From: an uncultured Nitrososphaeraceae archaeon
GTDB lineage: Archaea; Thermoproteota; Nitrososphaeria; Nitrososphaerales; Nitrososphaeraceae
Direction of reading: 5' to 3'
Assembly: GCA_963765895.1 (NCBI GenBank)
Contig: CAVXZB010000019.1
Location: 256,001-320,000, forward strand
DNA: 64,000 nucleotides
The notes under the pieces are model-generated. The model saw only the letters and a program-made list of their open reading frames with translations, had not been told where the DNA came from and ran no database searches. The position numbers were made by a program, and so were the translations under genes. Below are positions 33,951 through 46,065 of the stretch, one piece after another (the stretch's first letter is position 1; every line of letters begins with the position of its first letter).

Positions 33951-34547
33951 ATGGCTCTGGATACTAAATCACATTTGCGTAGGAAATTTCTCGCCAGACG
34001 TAATTCTCTAGCTAGGCCTGAAATTTATGAATTGAGCAATCTAATTCAGAATCGGGTAATTAATTGTTCAGAATTTTTGTCAGCATGTGTAATAGGAAGT
34101 TACTTTCCTATCAATTCGGAGGTGTTGACTCAAAATATCATAAGCGCGTGTCTAGGCAGAAAACAAGTTGGCCTACCGAAGGTAGAAGATGGTGAGATCA
34201 GATTTTATGAGATTGCTCGATTCGATTGGATCGAGCAATTATGTACCGGTAAATATGGCCTCAAGGAGCCTAATGAATCCAAAGAAATATCGGATTCCAT
34301 TAGGTTATTACTAGTCCCTGGAACCGCATTCGATACAAGCGGGCATAGATTGGGGTACGGTAAGGGATATTATGATAGATTCATATCACATTTGAGACGA
34401 TCCGGGATTCCGCTATTTACCATTGGATTGGCGTTTGACTTCCAACTAATGGAGGGGGTATCACTACCATATACAACACTCGACGAACAAGTGGACATGG
34501 TTGTTACGGAACAAAAGATCATAAAGGTAATGAAACCTAACCCATAA
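33951..34547 (+). CDS. 5-formyltetrahydrofolate cyclo-ligase
   Basis: VPGTAFD..GHRLGYGKGYYDRF. Confidence 0.92.
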   Translation: MALDTKSHLRRKFLARRNSLARPEIYELSNLIQNRVINCSEFLSACVIGSYFPINSEVLTQNIISACLGRKQVGLPKVEDGEIRFYEIARFDWIEQLCTGKYGLKEPNESKEISDSIRLLLVPGTAFDTSGHRLGYGKGYYDRFISHLRRSGIPLFTIGLAFDFQLMEGVSLPYTTLDEQVDMVVTEQKIIKVMKPNP

Positions 34548-35834
34548 CTTTGGCAATATCTTTTCGATAGTACTGTTCATTATTGCCCCAAGAGACCTTT
34601 TCTACAGCCTTGTATGCGCGTGCTGCTGCTGTTTCAAGGTTTGATCCGGTTGCTGTGATTCCTAAGACTCTTCCACTACTCGTCAATAGCTGGTTACTGT
34701 GGTCTCGAATAGTTCCTGAGTGAAATACAGTCACTTTTTCCCCAGGGTCTGAATCAGCTCCCCTAATTATAAACCCGCTCTTATAGTCCCCCGGGTAGCC
34801 TCGCGACGCCATCACTACACATACTGCGTGTTCCAGTCTCCATTCAAATGGCTCCATGGTATCAAGCAATCCATCTAAGGTACCTTGGACATATTGATAA
34901 AGATCTGATTTCATTCTCAACATAATCGGTTGACATTCAGGGTCACCCATCCTAACATTGAATTCCAATAAATATGGATCATTAGTAAACTCCTCCAGCA
35001 TGAGGCCGAAATACAAGAACCCCCTGAAAGGCTCTGAGAAAATCCTAATGCCTCTCATCGTCGGCTCGACAATTTTTTTTATTGTCGTATTGTAGGTTTC
35101 TTCAGAAAAGAATGGCACTGGCGAAAAACTTCCCATACCTCCTGTATTAGGACCCATATCATTTTCTAGGATTCTTTTATAATCCTTTGCCGAAGCAAGC
35201 AATTTGAAGCTCGCTACCGTCGGTTAGAATTATCAATGATAATTCTCTTCCAGTTAATTTCTTTTCAATCAAGATTTTGCTTCCTGCCTCTCCAAATTCC
35301 TTTTTATCCATTATATTTTCAATAGTCTGAAGAGCATCATTGGTATGACTGGTTATAAATACACCCTTTCCAGCAGCAAGTCCGTCAACTTTTATGACTG
35401 TCTCAGAGTCCTTTCCTTTGACGTAATCAGCAGCATCTTTCGCTATTCGAAAAAACACGAAAATCCGCAGTCGGGATGTTATTCTGTTTCATGAACTGTT
35501 TAGAAAAAACTTTGCTTGACTCAAGCATAGCGCCTTCCTTAGAAGGCCCGAGGATCGGAAGATCAGCAACATGAAATGAATCTACAATGCCTTTAGCCAG
35601 AGGAGCTTCCGGCCCGACTATGGTGAGGCAATTATATTTCTTTGCAAATGCAATGAGGCTTGATATATGATTGGCTTCAATTCCAACATTTATGGATGTA
35701 CCGCCATTGCCAGGTGCATGGTAAATATTGTACACATGTTTGCTTTGACGGAGTTTCCATCCCAATGCATGTTCCCGGCCTCCAGAACCTATTATTAAAA
35801 TATTTTTTGGATCCTTATTTGATAACTTTGTCAT
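34537..35834 (-). CDS. purD: Phosphoribosylamine-glycine ligase (two frameshifts)
   Basis: GSGGREHA, VGPEAPL, KVDGLAAGKGV, GPNTGGMG, LEFNVRMGDPE, GRVL across three ORFs. Confidence 0.94.
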
Positions 35835-36209
35835 CTATATCATAATTAATAGCCCTCAAATTAAATTAAGGAGGCTATCGCTGTTGATGAATTTCTATAA
35901 AATACTCCTAGCAGAATATACCGCATTTTTCCAGATTTTCTGTAGAGCATCAATTGAGTGACTTGTAACACACGTTTAACGCACTCATATCTAACAGTGG
36001 TATCAAAACTAGTTTGCTGGAGGGGCCACTAACTTTTAACAGTTAAAACCGAGCTTCTTGAAAATTCCACAGATTCCAATTTCAGGCTCAATAGGGGTAT
36101 CGAATACCATCTTAGGCCTTTTAAATTATCTGATACTATCCGTGATCACTTAAACAAAACCATATTAGGACATATATAGCGATCTCATGCGATATGAAGA
36201 TACGAAATA

Positions 36210-37416
36210 TTGAGAAAAATATTCTTCTTAATCATTCCTATTGTCGCAGGAGCAGGCCTTCTTTATGGTTATAATTACTTCTTCCATCTCATAAACATTC
36301 CATACCCCGGTACAGTATCACCCTCGACAGCACCAAACCCAGCTGGACTTTCCGAGCCTCCCCTAGACAAGAATTCCCATGTGATAGGTAACCTTACATC
36401 AGCACAAAGTAATAGCAACCTGGATCTTCCAAGCTTGTTTAAACAATCACAAGGTTCCGTAGTACAGATAACGGCAATACATGGAGCTGAATCTTCGGAT
36501 AGTGGAAATAGATTGGGTTCAGGATTCGTTTACGATACGAATAGGCACATAGTTACGAATCATCACGTAGTAAGCGGAAACACCATGCTGGATATTACAT
36601 TCTCAGACGGCACTATTTACCGAGCGAGGCTGATGGGTTCGGATCCGTTTACAGATATAGCAGTTTTGTATGTACCGAAGGTCCCTGCGCAAAAACTGAT
36701 ACCTCTCCCACTGGGCAATTCTACGAACATAAAGGTTGGGGAACAGGTAGGCAGCAATTGGCAATCCCTTTGGTTTATCTGGGTCACTAACCGAGGGAGT
36801 CATCAGCGGACTCGGAAGACTCCTTCCTTCAAATTCCAATTCAAGTTCGCGTTATTCCATACCAGATATAATTCAAACCGATGCGCCTATTAATCCGGGT
36901 AATTCTGGAGGCCCGCTTCTTAACATGAGGGGCGAGGTTGTGGGAATGACCTCCGCAATCTTCTCAAATACAGGTGAATTTTCTGGAGTTGGTTTAGCAA
37001 TATCCTCTGATACCATGAAAAAGGTGATCCCATTATTGATAACAAATGGCACATACGCCCACCCCTGGTTAGGCATCACTGGAACCAATATGACGCCAGA
37101 ACTTGCAACTGCTCTAGGCCTTAAAAATCCAAGAGGTTTCTTGGTTATTGACGTGATTCCCGGAAGTCCGGCTGCGAACGCTGGTATACGTGGCGGAGAA
37201 CAATTAGTTAGCATAAATGGTCAGCAGATACCCTTAGGAGGTGATCTCATCCTGCAAATTGGCGACACACCAGTAAGAAAAATAGACGATGTTCTTACTT
37301 ACTTAGAACGCTATAAAATGATAGGGGATACTGCAGACCTCAAAATCCTACGGGAGGGTCAAGAAAGGAATGTACTTGTTAAGTTGACAGCTAGGCCAAT
37401 TTCACTGATTCAATAA
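36210..37416 (+). CDS. HtrA/DegP-type serine protease with PDZ domain (frameshift near 36750)
   Basis: N-terminal TM, GSGF, VTNHHV, DIAVL; IQTDAPINPGNSGGP in the shifted frame; PDZ with WLGI. Confidence 0.92.
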
Positions 37417-37503
37417 GATGTTTAACAATGCAAAGGAATTCTAAAACCTATATCAGGAGGCTACAGACAAAACTAATATGCCGTCACCGATCAACCAAGT
37501 TTA

Positions 37504-37809
37504 TTGAAGGATTATGATCACTACATCATTTGGTTAGACTATTTTAATAAAAGTCTGTCAAGGGGCAATGGCCGTAAACTTAAGCGGGAGTTTTCTGTAT
37601 TTGATCCAACACTCGAAGATCTCATCGATGCTGCTAGATCTGTTGGTTATGGGCCACCACGTGAGGATACTAACGATCATGCGAGATATCCTAGGCGACC
37701 TTTTGTAAGGTCTGGCTATGTAATGCTTCCCAAGAAGGAAAAAAAATCTACTCTAATTCAATCAATAGCAGAAAAACTGATCCAAAAAAAGAACAAGAAT
37801 AAAATATAA
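37504..37809 (+). CDS. srp19: Signal recognition particle 19 kDa protein
   Basis: IIWLDYF..SLSR..GRK, P.LE, YPR, SGYV. Confidence 0.88.
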   Translation: MKDYDHYIIWLDYFNKSLSRGNGRKLKREFSVFDPTLEDLIDAARSVGYGPPREDTNDHARYPRRPFVRSGYVMLPKKEKKSTLIQSIAEKLIQKKNKNKI

Positions 37810-37904
37810 AACCGTTAAACCCCTAGCCCCCTAAAGCAAACGATCGAAGTAATATATCAAGTCACTATTCTTTATATAAAGGACTTTGTACACCCTTTCT
37901 CGGC

Positions 37905-38216
37905 TTGTTACTCATTGGTGAGGTAATACATTTAGCAGGGAGTGGCAGGTTCGTTGTTAAATTATTCGAGGCAGGCTTTAGAGTGCGCAGCGGCGAAATA
38001 CTATATGATGAATCCGGAAGGCGAACAGGAAAGGTAATTGAAACGATAGGTCCTGTTTCCGCCCCATATGCTTCTGTCATACCCTTAATAGATCGCCCAA
38101 AAAAGGCAGTGGGCGCAAAACTATTTTCTGGCAACGCAAAACACGTTAAAGTTACTCGCAGAAGGAATTTTGGAAAGAAGAGAATCCCTTCCAGAAAGCC
38201 CAATAAGGCTATTTGA
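37905..38216 (+). CDS. gar1: H/ACA RNP subunit Gar1
   Basis: GEVIHLAGSGR, GKVIETIGPVSAPY; follows srp19. Confidence 0.85.
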   Translation: MLLIGEVIHLAGSGRFVVKLFEAGFRVRSGEILYDESGRRTGKVIETIGPVSAPYASVIPLIDRPKKAVGAKLFSGNAKHVKVTRRRNFGKKRIPSRKPNKAI

Positions 38217-38348
38217 GCTAGCATTTTTGCGTCAGTTGTATTCTTGTATGTTCGGAATACGATTAAAGGATACATATTTGGTATTAATTTAAACAGCGAT
38301 TTGAATTTGCGTGATGATATGCCCGATTAGTGCTTTTATGAATTTTAT

Positions 38349-39263
38349 CTAATACTTGTGCGCTAGTCCCACAATATCTCGAACATTTCTAAATCCCTTA
38401 TTTTCTAAATAATTCCTAATTCCCCTTGAAATCGACTTAAAGATACCAATACCTTTATTCCCAATGCCGCTACCAACTTGCACAGCCGAAGCCCCAGCCA
38501 ACAAGAACTCAACTGCGTCTTCCCACGTGAAAATTCCACCGCACCCAATTACCGGTATTCCAAGTTTTTTTGATATTTCATATACACACCTTACTGCTAC
38601 TGGCTTTATTGACCTGCCAGATAGTCCACCAATTCCATTACTTAGTATAGGCGACCCAGTTTGCACATTGATTGCCATTGCTCTAATCGTATTGATGGCA
38701 GTCACACCGCTTGCCTTTTCATCCCTTGCTACTTCAGCAAGCTTGAGGATATCTATATTCCCTACTCCTAGTTTTATAAAAAATGGTTTTGGTGTATTAA
38801 CTCTCACTTGTCTAACGATACTTCTAACCATTTCAAGATCGTCACCGACTTCCATCCCCATTTTCTTTACGTGTGGGCAAGAGAGATTAATTTCAAAACC
38901 TAGTATATTCAATTTATCTAGGCGCTTAACCATATGAACGAAATCTTTTTGATGAGATCCAACAAGGCTCAAAATTAAAGGTGTCTTATTTGCTTGAATT
39001 TCCTTAGCAAAGGCTTCGAACCCCGGATTAGCCAATCCAACTGCGTTGATATAGCTTTTTCCGTCAAGATCTATTACGGTGGGATTACGATATCCCTCTA
39101 TGGGCGAATTGCTCAAGGATTTTGAAACTAAACAGCCTGCTCCTGAGCGATAAATCCTATCTAAGAACTTCTGGCTAATTCCCAGGAAACCAGATGCCAG
39201 CATTGTCGGGTTTCGGAGTTCTAATTCGGCAAACTTCACAGTTAAAGATTCTGAGCCTATCAT
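38349..39263 (-). CDS. pyrD: Dihydroorotate dehydrogenase catalytic subunit
   Basis: NPTMLASG, NAVGLANPG, EINLSCPH, INT, GGLSG. Confidence 0.94.
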   Translation of the reverse strand: MIGSESLTVKFAELELRNPTMLASGFLGISQKFLDRIYRSGAGCLVSKSLSNSPIEGYRNPTVIDLDGKSYINAVGLANPGFEAFAKEIQANKTPLILSLVGSHQKDFVHMVKRLDKLNILGFEINLSCPHVKKMGMEVGDDLEMVRSIVRQVRVNTPKPFFIKLGVGNIDILKLAEVARDEKASGVTAINTIRAMAINVQTGSPILSNGIGGLSGRSIKPVAVRCVYEISKKLGIPVIGCGGIFTWEDAVEFLLAGASAVQVGSGIGNKGIGIFKSISRGIRNYLENKGFRNVRDIVGLAHKY

Positions 39264-39429
39264 ATCAAATGGACCACAAAGTTAGATCGTAAGGTCTAGA
39301 TAGCATTACAGTAATAATAACATGTTTGATGGATTGCACATGGCAATGTATGAAGCCTGGGTAATTATCAACGTTAGGGTCTATTTACTATCAGTATATA
39401 TTTGTGACACAGAAGACACCGGTGACATT

Positions 39430-40261
39430 ATGAAATTGGCGTTCAGTTCGAATGCATTCAAAGCCTATTCCCTTGAAGCAAGCATTAAAGAAATCAGGGC
39501 TATAGGTTATCAAGGAGTAGAAATTTTGTGCGATTACCCACACGCATATCCACCAGATATGACGTTAGACCAAAGTAGGAGCGTTAAAGGCTTCATTGAT
39601 CGAAAATCATTTGAATATCTCCAACCTAAACGCGTTTTCTCTATATGCAATAAATGACGTATACCATCCGTCTTGGATAGATCCTTCTGTGAAGCAGAGA
39701 AAGTTACGAATTCAGCATACCGTAAACTGTATCAGACTAGCAAGCGAACTTGGGGCTAAAAGTCTGTCTACAGAACCTGGGGGAACCTATGATAAAAATA
39801 GAGATAGTATCCAAAATTTGATGAAAATATTTGCTAATGGTATATCAGAGGTTGCCGTTGAGGCTGAGAAGAATAACGTCATGATTTTAGTAGAACCTGA
39901 ACCGAATTTGCTACTTGAAACTTCAAAGGATTTCCTAGAATTCATAAAAGAAATAAATTCTAGTCATGTTGGGTTAAATTTCGATATAGGCCACTTCTTC
40001 TGTGTAAGAGAGGACCCATCAGAAATGGTATATAAACTCGCTGACTTCATTGGCCATATCCATCTGGCAGATATTGCCGATAATAGAATACACAACCATC
40101 TAATCCCTGGCGAAGGCGCCATTAACTTCAGGGCGGTTCTGAAGGCGATTTCAGACATTGGATATAATGGGTTTATAACAGTTGAGTTATATCCCTATCA
40201 GCACGACCCGATCTACGCTGCAAAAGAAGCGTACAATTATCTCAATAGTATCATCCACTAA
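39430..40261 (+). CDS. Sugar-phosphate isomerase/epimerase (TIM-barrel) family protein (frameshift near 39595)
   Basis: MKLAFSSNAF, GVEI, VEPEP, FDIGH, HIHLAD, HLIPGEG, VELYPY. Confidence 0.85.
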
Positions 40262-40436
40262 CGTTTTATTTACTTCAGGAAATCTGCATGGGGATTAAAT
40301 TAAGAGATGTAAACGATCCTACTTTTTAGTTAGACACTCATTAGACATTAAATTACGACATTCCGGACATCTTGAATTGCATCAAATTAATTGAGTAGTA
40401 TTTCAGTTTTAATAGAAAATTACAAGAGTACAACCG

Positions 40437-41427
40437 TCAGTCTCTGGATTTGTTTTCTAAAGATATAACAGCAGCCAAATAGATCCCTATCCATGGTAAA
40501 AACATTATTTCACCGGCAAAAGAGTGAAACGCCTCCCACTCCTTCACGTTAGACGTTACTGTAATTGCGACCATAGACAATGAAACAATTCTCAATATAT
40601 TGACCGAGGCTGTTCCCAGGATGCCTACTACAAAATAAATGAGCATATGACTTACTGGGATTCGTAATCTAAATAGAATAGATAGCATCACCAGAGAGTA
40701 GATGATTACGCTCTGAACGCCAGCCGAAGGCCAAAAGACCTGCAAGTAGAACGGACCGTGAAAACCCTTCAAAACAAGCAAATTGCCACTGGCTGACGCG
40801 GGAACATCATTCCCAAGATATACAACATGACCTCCAATGAAGCGCAAGATAAATTGATCAAATTGCAGGTAAGCAGGAACGATCATCTGCAGTGGACCAA
40901 GAGAATCGTACGGAAAGAAAGAATCTAATGACAGGATTACTGTATTTCCCACAAGATATACTAATCCAGCAGACGCTATCTTGTACCAATTCTTTCCTAG
41001 AAGCAAAAATAGAGATGCCACTGTATAAATTGTCGCTGCAAAGTCACTCGGACATTAAAATCCAACTATTTACTATTGCAACTTTATATGAGTGTCCGAT
41101 GGAGGTGATCAATCGGTCTAAACCCAAAGGTAGAGCTATGAGATATGATATGGTAAGGCCGGAAAATAGTGCGATAAGAAGAACCCTCGCAGCGGAAACG
41201 CGAAAATTAGTCCCTGCAATTTCAGCAAGAATAAAGGCCGCAGCAAAAGCAAAACCAGCGTGGCCTATATTCCAAGATAGTAGGAAAGATTGCGGAAAAA
41301 GCACAAAACAAGCTAAGAACGGACTAACAACAATGATACAAACACATAATCGATAAATATCCCTAGATTGTAACCGAATTTTCTTAATCATAGTAGGAAT
41401 ATACTTTCCAGTTCGACCCTTACGCAA
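40437..41427 (-). CDS. Thaumarchaeosortase (archaeosortase/exosortase family; frameshift near 41045)
   Basis: Polytopic membrane protein with VFWPSAGVQS (Ser at the catalytic Cys position), NILRI and FHSFAGE. Confidence 0.82.
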
Positions 41428-41603
41428 CCATTAGGTAAGTTTTGCTTCGAAAATAAAAACCTATGAATATCCCTTGGACATATGTAGGTAGACTAATACT
41501 GGACGTCCTTTGCTAGTACCATTGTTACTTAGTGAAGACTTATGATTTGAAAAGGATGAACCATTGTACGATTTAAACTATGATTACTACACTTACTAAC
41601 GAT

Positions 41604-42213
41604 TTAGCTCTGCAATTTCGTAAAATATTTTCCTGATTCTCGGGCAATTAACTTGGCAAGTCTTATGGGTTCTGGAATTGAACCTTGAAGGGTGAAGGAA
41701 TTTAAAAGAGCGATAACTGTTTCATAAGATGAACCCCAATATCGAATAAAAATTTTCTTTCCCGTTCTAAGAAGTACCTGGTTCTCTGTCACCAAGAATA
41801 TTGTATCTACTCAATTTATTCGTAATTCCGCTTGAAAAATGATGTCGTATCGAACCCTCCAGCCCCATTGAATCTCTGAAAGTTATGGCGATTACAGGAA
41901 GACCAGTGGCATCAGATAATTCTCTACCATCAATTATGTTGTACATGCTAACTATTACTCCGTCTAAAAAAATGCAACTGATGTCAGTACGTTTCAATTT
42001 CTTCCACATATTCACTATGTTATCAGTGGCATCATCTCCTTCAATTGTTGAACTTCCAAACGACAGGCCATCTACTACCAAGTCGCGCCGCATTACAATT
42101 CCTGACCAGTTTGACCTTGTATTTATTTGACTGAAACTTTCGGCTACTCCAAACACCCTAATACCCTTCTTGTCAACATGGATCTGCTTCAGTTTTATTT
42201 CGTCGATGTACAT
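41604..42213 (-). CDS. DUF99-family (endonuclease V-like) protein (frameshift near 41785)
   Basis: GVAESF, GDDATD, LDG...YNIID, IPEPIRLA. Confidence 0.82.
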
Positions 42214-42382
42214 CAGCGTATCTCAGGAGATTAATGTTTGCGTAGACTCTAGACTAAACGTATCGACGTTGCAATCGTTATTTTATCACGGCCAGTATAC
42301 AAGCCTGGTCCTCCCGTTAGATTAGCTCATTCTTTAATATGAAATGATGGCGAATTTGATAAGACTATATATTCGCAGCGCA

Positions 42383-42934
42383 CTACAGATCAACACTACC
42401 TGATCTTGTTATAATATAAAATGCGTGCGCCGAGATGAGAAAGCCCGCGAGAGTCATCTTCGTTGCAAAAACAAGATTCCAAGGAGTGTCTGGGTTAGGA
42501 TAGGAAATGCTAATATCGTCCAGGTTCAAATGACCCTTTGCCAAGTTAAATGTTATTAGAGAACTCCAGACAAGGAAATTGTAAACAAACTCGTAGAGTG
42601 CGATAACACATGCAACAATAATTACAAGTTGTAGGATTAACCTAGCCGAATTTGGTAAATTAGAAAGCTTCCGCCCGACGAGCTTCATACCGGAATACCA
42701 GGAAATAACGGAGAAGACCATTAAATATGTCACAAGCTTTGCAACGCCATGAATCGGAAAGTCAGTACTTACTATCACTTGACCAATGATCACCATCTTT
42801 GTTTTAGTATATTGAAGAGCGCTGGCATAGGCACCGTAGAAACAGATGAGGAGCATGGAAATCGTAGAGAAATAAAAAATAATAATGTAAATGTTCAACT
42901 TCGGTATGGCGGAAGATAGACTAAGGTTATGCAT
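42383..42934 (-). CDS. Conserved hypothetical membrane protein
   Basis: Four hydrophobic helices; YEFVYNF..W and YPNPDTPWNLVFATK. Confidence 0.65.
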   Translation of the reverse strand: MHNLSLSSAIPKLNIYIIIFYFSTISMLLICFYGAYASALQYTKTKMVIIGQVIVSTDFPIHGVAKLVTYLMVFSVISWYSGMKLVGRKLSNLPNSARLILQLVIIVACVIALYEFVYNFLVWSSLITFNLAKGHLNLDDISISYPNPDTPWNLVFATKMTLAGFLISAHAFYIITRSGSVDL

Positions 42935-43494
42935 GCGTACTGTAATTCATGCTTATTTATCTAATATAAAAATAGGCTTTGAGACAGGAATTGGTTCGCT
43001 AGTATTAAATAGCAAAACACTTGATTTAATGGAGATGAGTGACTGTTCTCAAGCGTATTCTCGAGTAATGTACTCATTGAACTCTACCGTTAATGTTGTT
43101 AAATTCATACATATGTAAAGGGTTAGTTCAAAAGGATAGATTAGATGTAATGAATGTAACATATTCTAGACTGGCTCCAGCGCCACTCCTTGGAATTACA
43201 ATAACATACGCCTATCGCAACAGACTCCAAGTGGAACGAACCTTGTCGCGACATGCGCATAATTGAATAGCAAATTTTACTAGGTCCGGTTAATCCCTAA
43301 GGATCCAGTAACACGCTACTACCAGCTAGGTGAACCCCATTCAAAATAATGCAGGTGAAAACAGTATTTTATCTCTGACTCATTGCCGGAGTCCACATCC
43401 GTCTTATAACATTAATAGCCAGAACTCAAGATGTGGTTGATACTATCTTATTGTTAAGAGCTTTATTATCTTCGGTCGGCATAATTCAAGTGAT

Positions 43495-43511
43495 GAGCGG
43501 GCCCGTCGGGA
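43495..43511. repeat. att site (duplicated tRNA-Lys 3' end)
   Basis: GAGCGGGCCCGTCGGGA, identical to 52534-52550. Confidence 0.92.
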
Positions 43512-43812
43512 TTAGTGCTTATATCGGTGCAAAGAAGAGATTCCCAGTTAATGAAACGACAATAAATTTAACACGTCGGAATTTTCAAGACGTCCAGCAT
43601 AATTATATCGGAAAAAGGGTTATAATAAGATAGGAACGATGCCAGATTATAAATATTTTGTCAAACGAGACACCAGATGTATAGACTGACAGTTCGATAT
43701 CCATGTGCGTTGAATAGATAAGACTTCATGTGTGTATCAGCCATTGACACGCGCTTATACCCTCACTGTTCAATGTGCTGCTGCACGCACGCCGTTTGAA
43801 CAGATCCGCTAC

Positions 43813-43992
43813 TTATGCCACTTGATGTAAGCAACATGCTGTAGCGGCCGGCGCTAAACCCCCCATTAAGCCTGCAAGTTTTCCGTCAGCCACTCCATGC
43901 TTAAAGCCAGATTGATAAGCTGTCTCTACATAAACAATAGGCGCGCCTATCAACAGACATTCTACCAATACGCTTAGGAATATTGCCTTAAT
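43813..43992 (-). pseudogene. Degenerate member of the secreted GYxxG-motif family
   Basis: IKAIFLSVLVECLLIGAPIVYVETAYQSGFKHGVADGK...; begins ATT AAG GCA ATA where the paralog at 44453 has ATG AAG GCA ATA; second motif absent. Confidence 0.65.
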
Positions 43993-44039
43993 TTATGGGT
44001 CGCCTCGATCCATCAACAACTCACAACTACTATCAGCGC

Positions 44040-44453
44040 CTAGTTACCCGGGTATAACGGTTGTGAGCAGTTCATGTCGAACCCAGGTATACTATTTTGA
44101 GCAGTATGATTTACACTACAATACCCAAGGATATATCCATTGATAAATTCCCCTGTACGATTTGTTATCTCATTACCTGCAAACTGCCCGCTTTTTGCGT
44201 TGGCAATACCCTGTTTATACCCCATTGGTAAATCTGATTCGTTTATGACATCACATGCTAAGTGATTGTCTTGGCCTACTTCTTCGCATTGCCCATAATG
44301 TTCTCCGGGGGAAAGTTTAGCGAAGCCAGATACATCATCTCCTGATGCACTCTTACTACCTGGCGGCATTGTATTAGAGGTATGTTCAGCGCTTACACTC
44401 TGTGCGCCTATCATTAGTATGATAACTGCAAGTGCGATAATTATTGCCTTCAT
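44040..44453 (-). CDS. Secreted GYxxG-motif family protein
   Basis: Signal peptide ...MIGAQSVSA; GYKQGIANA...TGEFINGYILGYCS. Confidence 0.75.
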   Translation of the reverse strand: MKAIIIALAVIILMIGAQSVSAEHTSNTMPPGSKSASGDDVSGFAKLSPGEHYGQCEEVGQDNHLACDVINESDLPMGYKQGIANAKSGQFAGNEITNRTGEFINGYILGYCSVNHTAQNSIPGFDMNCSQPLYPGN

Positions 44454-45038
44454 TTAACTAATCGCCTTCTCACAGTCGTTGAACTCATCTGTCCCTTCTT
44501 TTAGATGATATTTAGTAAGACATGTATCGTTGACAGATATGTCGTCATATGTCGGCCCCAAGTCAGCAAGGAGTTTAGTCGTCGAATAAAAGGAATTGGC
44601 ATCTATTGTTTGACCATTACAGTTATACCAGTTATGATAGCCAATTTGTATGCATGCTCTAGCAATAGTCTCATTCAACTTATCTGACACTATGAAATAG
44701 CCCACGTCTAGTATACTAGCATTAGTTCGCGGTATATCAGTTTCTTTTATCAGATGGCATACAAGTGGCTTTGGATTGGTATAGTTAACATTGAAGTCTA
44801 AACAGGCCGTAAGATTTTGATTTAAAAGCATAGTCTGTCTATTTAGAGACGACGGATATGTCTCGTCTAGAAATATATGATAGCCCCTCAAACCCTTTGG
44901 AATATTTGAGTCGCTCGCTGTCCAATAACCTTGACTTGCCATTGCACTCTGCGCGCCTATCATTAGTGTTGCGCCTAGCGACACAACTAGAGACGCAACT
45001 AGGACTAGAACTGCAATTGCGCTAATTAGTATTTTCAT
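44454..45038 (-). CDS. Secreted Cys-containing hypothetical protein
   Basis: Likely start MKILISAIAVL...MIGAQSAMA (signal peptide); six Cys; many NxS/T sequons. Confidence 0.7.
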   Translation of the reverse strand: MKILISAIAVLVLVASLVVSLGATLMIGAQSAMASQGYWTASDSNIPKGLRGYHIFLDETYPSSLNRQTMLLNQNLTACLDFNVNYTNPKPLVCHLIKETDIPRTNASILDVGYFIVSDKLNETIARACIQIGYHNWYNCNGQTIDANSFYSTTKLLADLGPTYDDISVNDTCLTKYHLKEGTDEFNDCEKAIS

Positions 45039-45368
45039 TGTTTGTCCAACCCGCTGAATCTGGACCCTTTGTACAATCCCAATTTGACTCATCTGCGTCA
45101 CTCGAAGTATTAGGATTCACACTACAGAAGCCAGTTACATAGCCTTTTATAAACTCCCATGTATGGAATGGAAAGCCCCTACCTGGATCTAGGATGTACA
45201 AGTGACATCCAGACGGATTTAAACAACTATCCTTTCCATCAGTTACTCCGTGACTGAATCTTGATTGATATGTAGATATTGCAACGACATTCGAGCTCGT
45301 GTGTGGAAATACTGAGAGGACGGCCATCAAGGCACAAGATTGATTCCCTCGGCTATGATGGTTTTCAT
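45022..45368 (-). CDS. Secreted GYxxG-motif family protein (indel near start)
   Basis: ATG AAA ACC ATC ATA at 45368 is out of frame with YQSRFSHGVTDG...HTWEFIKGYVTGFCSV...SSDAD...DC.KGPDSA.W; close paralog of 47131..47460. Confidence 0.75.
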
Positions 45369-45536
45369 TTCACTTTACCATACATAACTTGATGCTGAGA
45401 TAAAAGTGGAAAGGGATGCCATTATAACATACTTTTTTTGTTCCCAACCTACTGTATATATGACAGATAGATGATATTGAACATTCTGATTAAGACATCT
45501 AGAAAAAGATTCTCAGCTAACCACAAAGTGGAACAG

Positions 45537-45576
45537 TGTCACACATTATCGAGTGCTGTTACACATTATAGTTACA
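45537..45576. promoter_or_regulatory. 40-bp upstream element, copy 1
   Basis: TGTCACACATTATCGAGTGCTGTTACACATTATAGTTACA; 33/40 identical to 46026-46065. Confidence 0.55.
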
Positions 45577-45713
45577 CATGAGAGTGGGAATTGGATTTAG
45601 GTCTTTCAGCAGGACAGAAAAATGTGATATATAACTTTTCAGAAATATCCTCTTAAAACAATAAAGTGTATCTTTGTTATAGAACTTACGATAGATCATT
45701 GGGGGTGATAGGA

Positions 45714-45914
45714 ATGTGGAGAGACATAATAGGTGCGCTTACCATGGTGATGCTGATCGTAATGGTAACCACAACGGTATATGCAATGAGTGATTACGAA
45801 CGAGGTTATCGTAATGGATGCGCTGATCATATAAAAGGAGGTTCATACTGGTTGCTATTGCCGTCGCAAGATTATGCACGCGGGTACGATGCTGGATACA
45901 ACGGCTGCCGTTAA
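45714..45914 (+). CDS. Small secreted GYxxG-motif protein
   Basis: GGGGTGA RBS; signal peptide ending VYA; DYERGYRNGC...DYARGYDAGY. Confidence 0.72.
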   Translation: MWRDIIGALTMVMLIVMVTTTVYAMSDYERGYRNGCADHIKGGSYWLLLPSQDYARGYDAGYNGCR

Positions 45915-46025
45915 CGATATTTTATAACGGTAGAATATGTATGCAAGACGATAACATAGCATAAGGACGACTTCTTATCTTCACTAGTCTTTACCAGGAT
46001 ATGTCTTTTGTTCTGGATATAATAT

Positions 46026-46065
46026 TGTCCCACATTATCGAACACTGTTTCACATGATAGTCACA
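46026..46065. promoter_or_regulatory. 40-bp upstream element, copy 2
   Basis: TGTCCCACATTATCGAACACTGTTTCACATGATAGTCACA. Confidence 0.55.

Noticed and set aside
43433-43633. 66-aa ORF spanning the att site
   Set aside because: Crosses the element boundary and has no motifs; probably spurious and not an SSV1-type integrase fragment.
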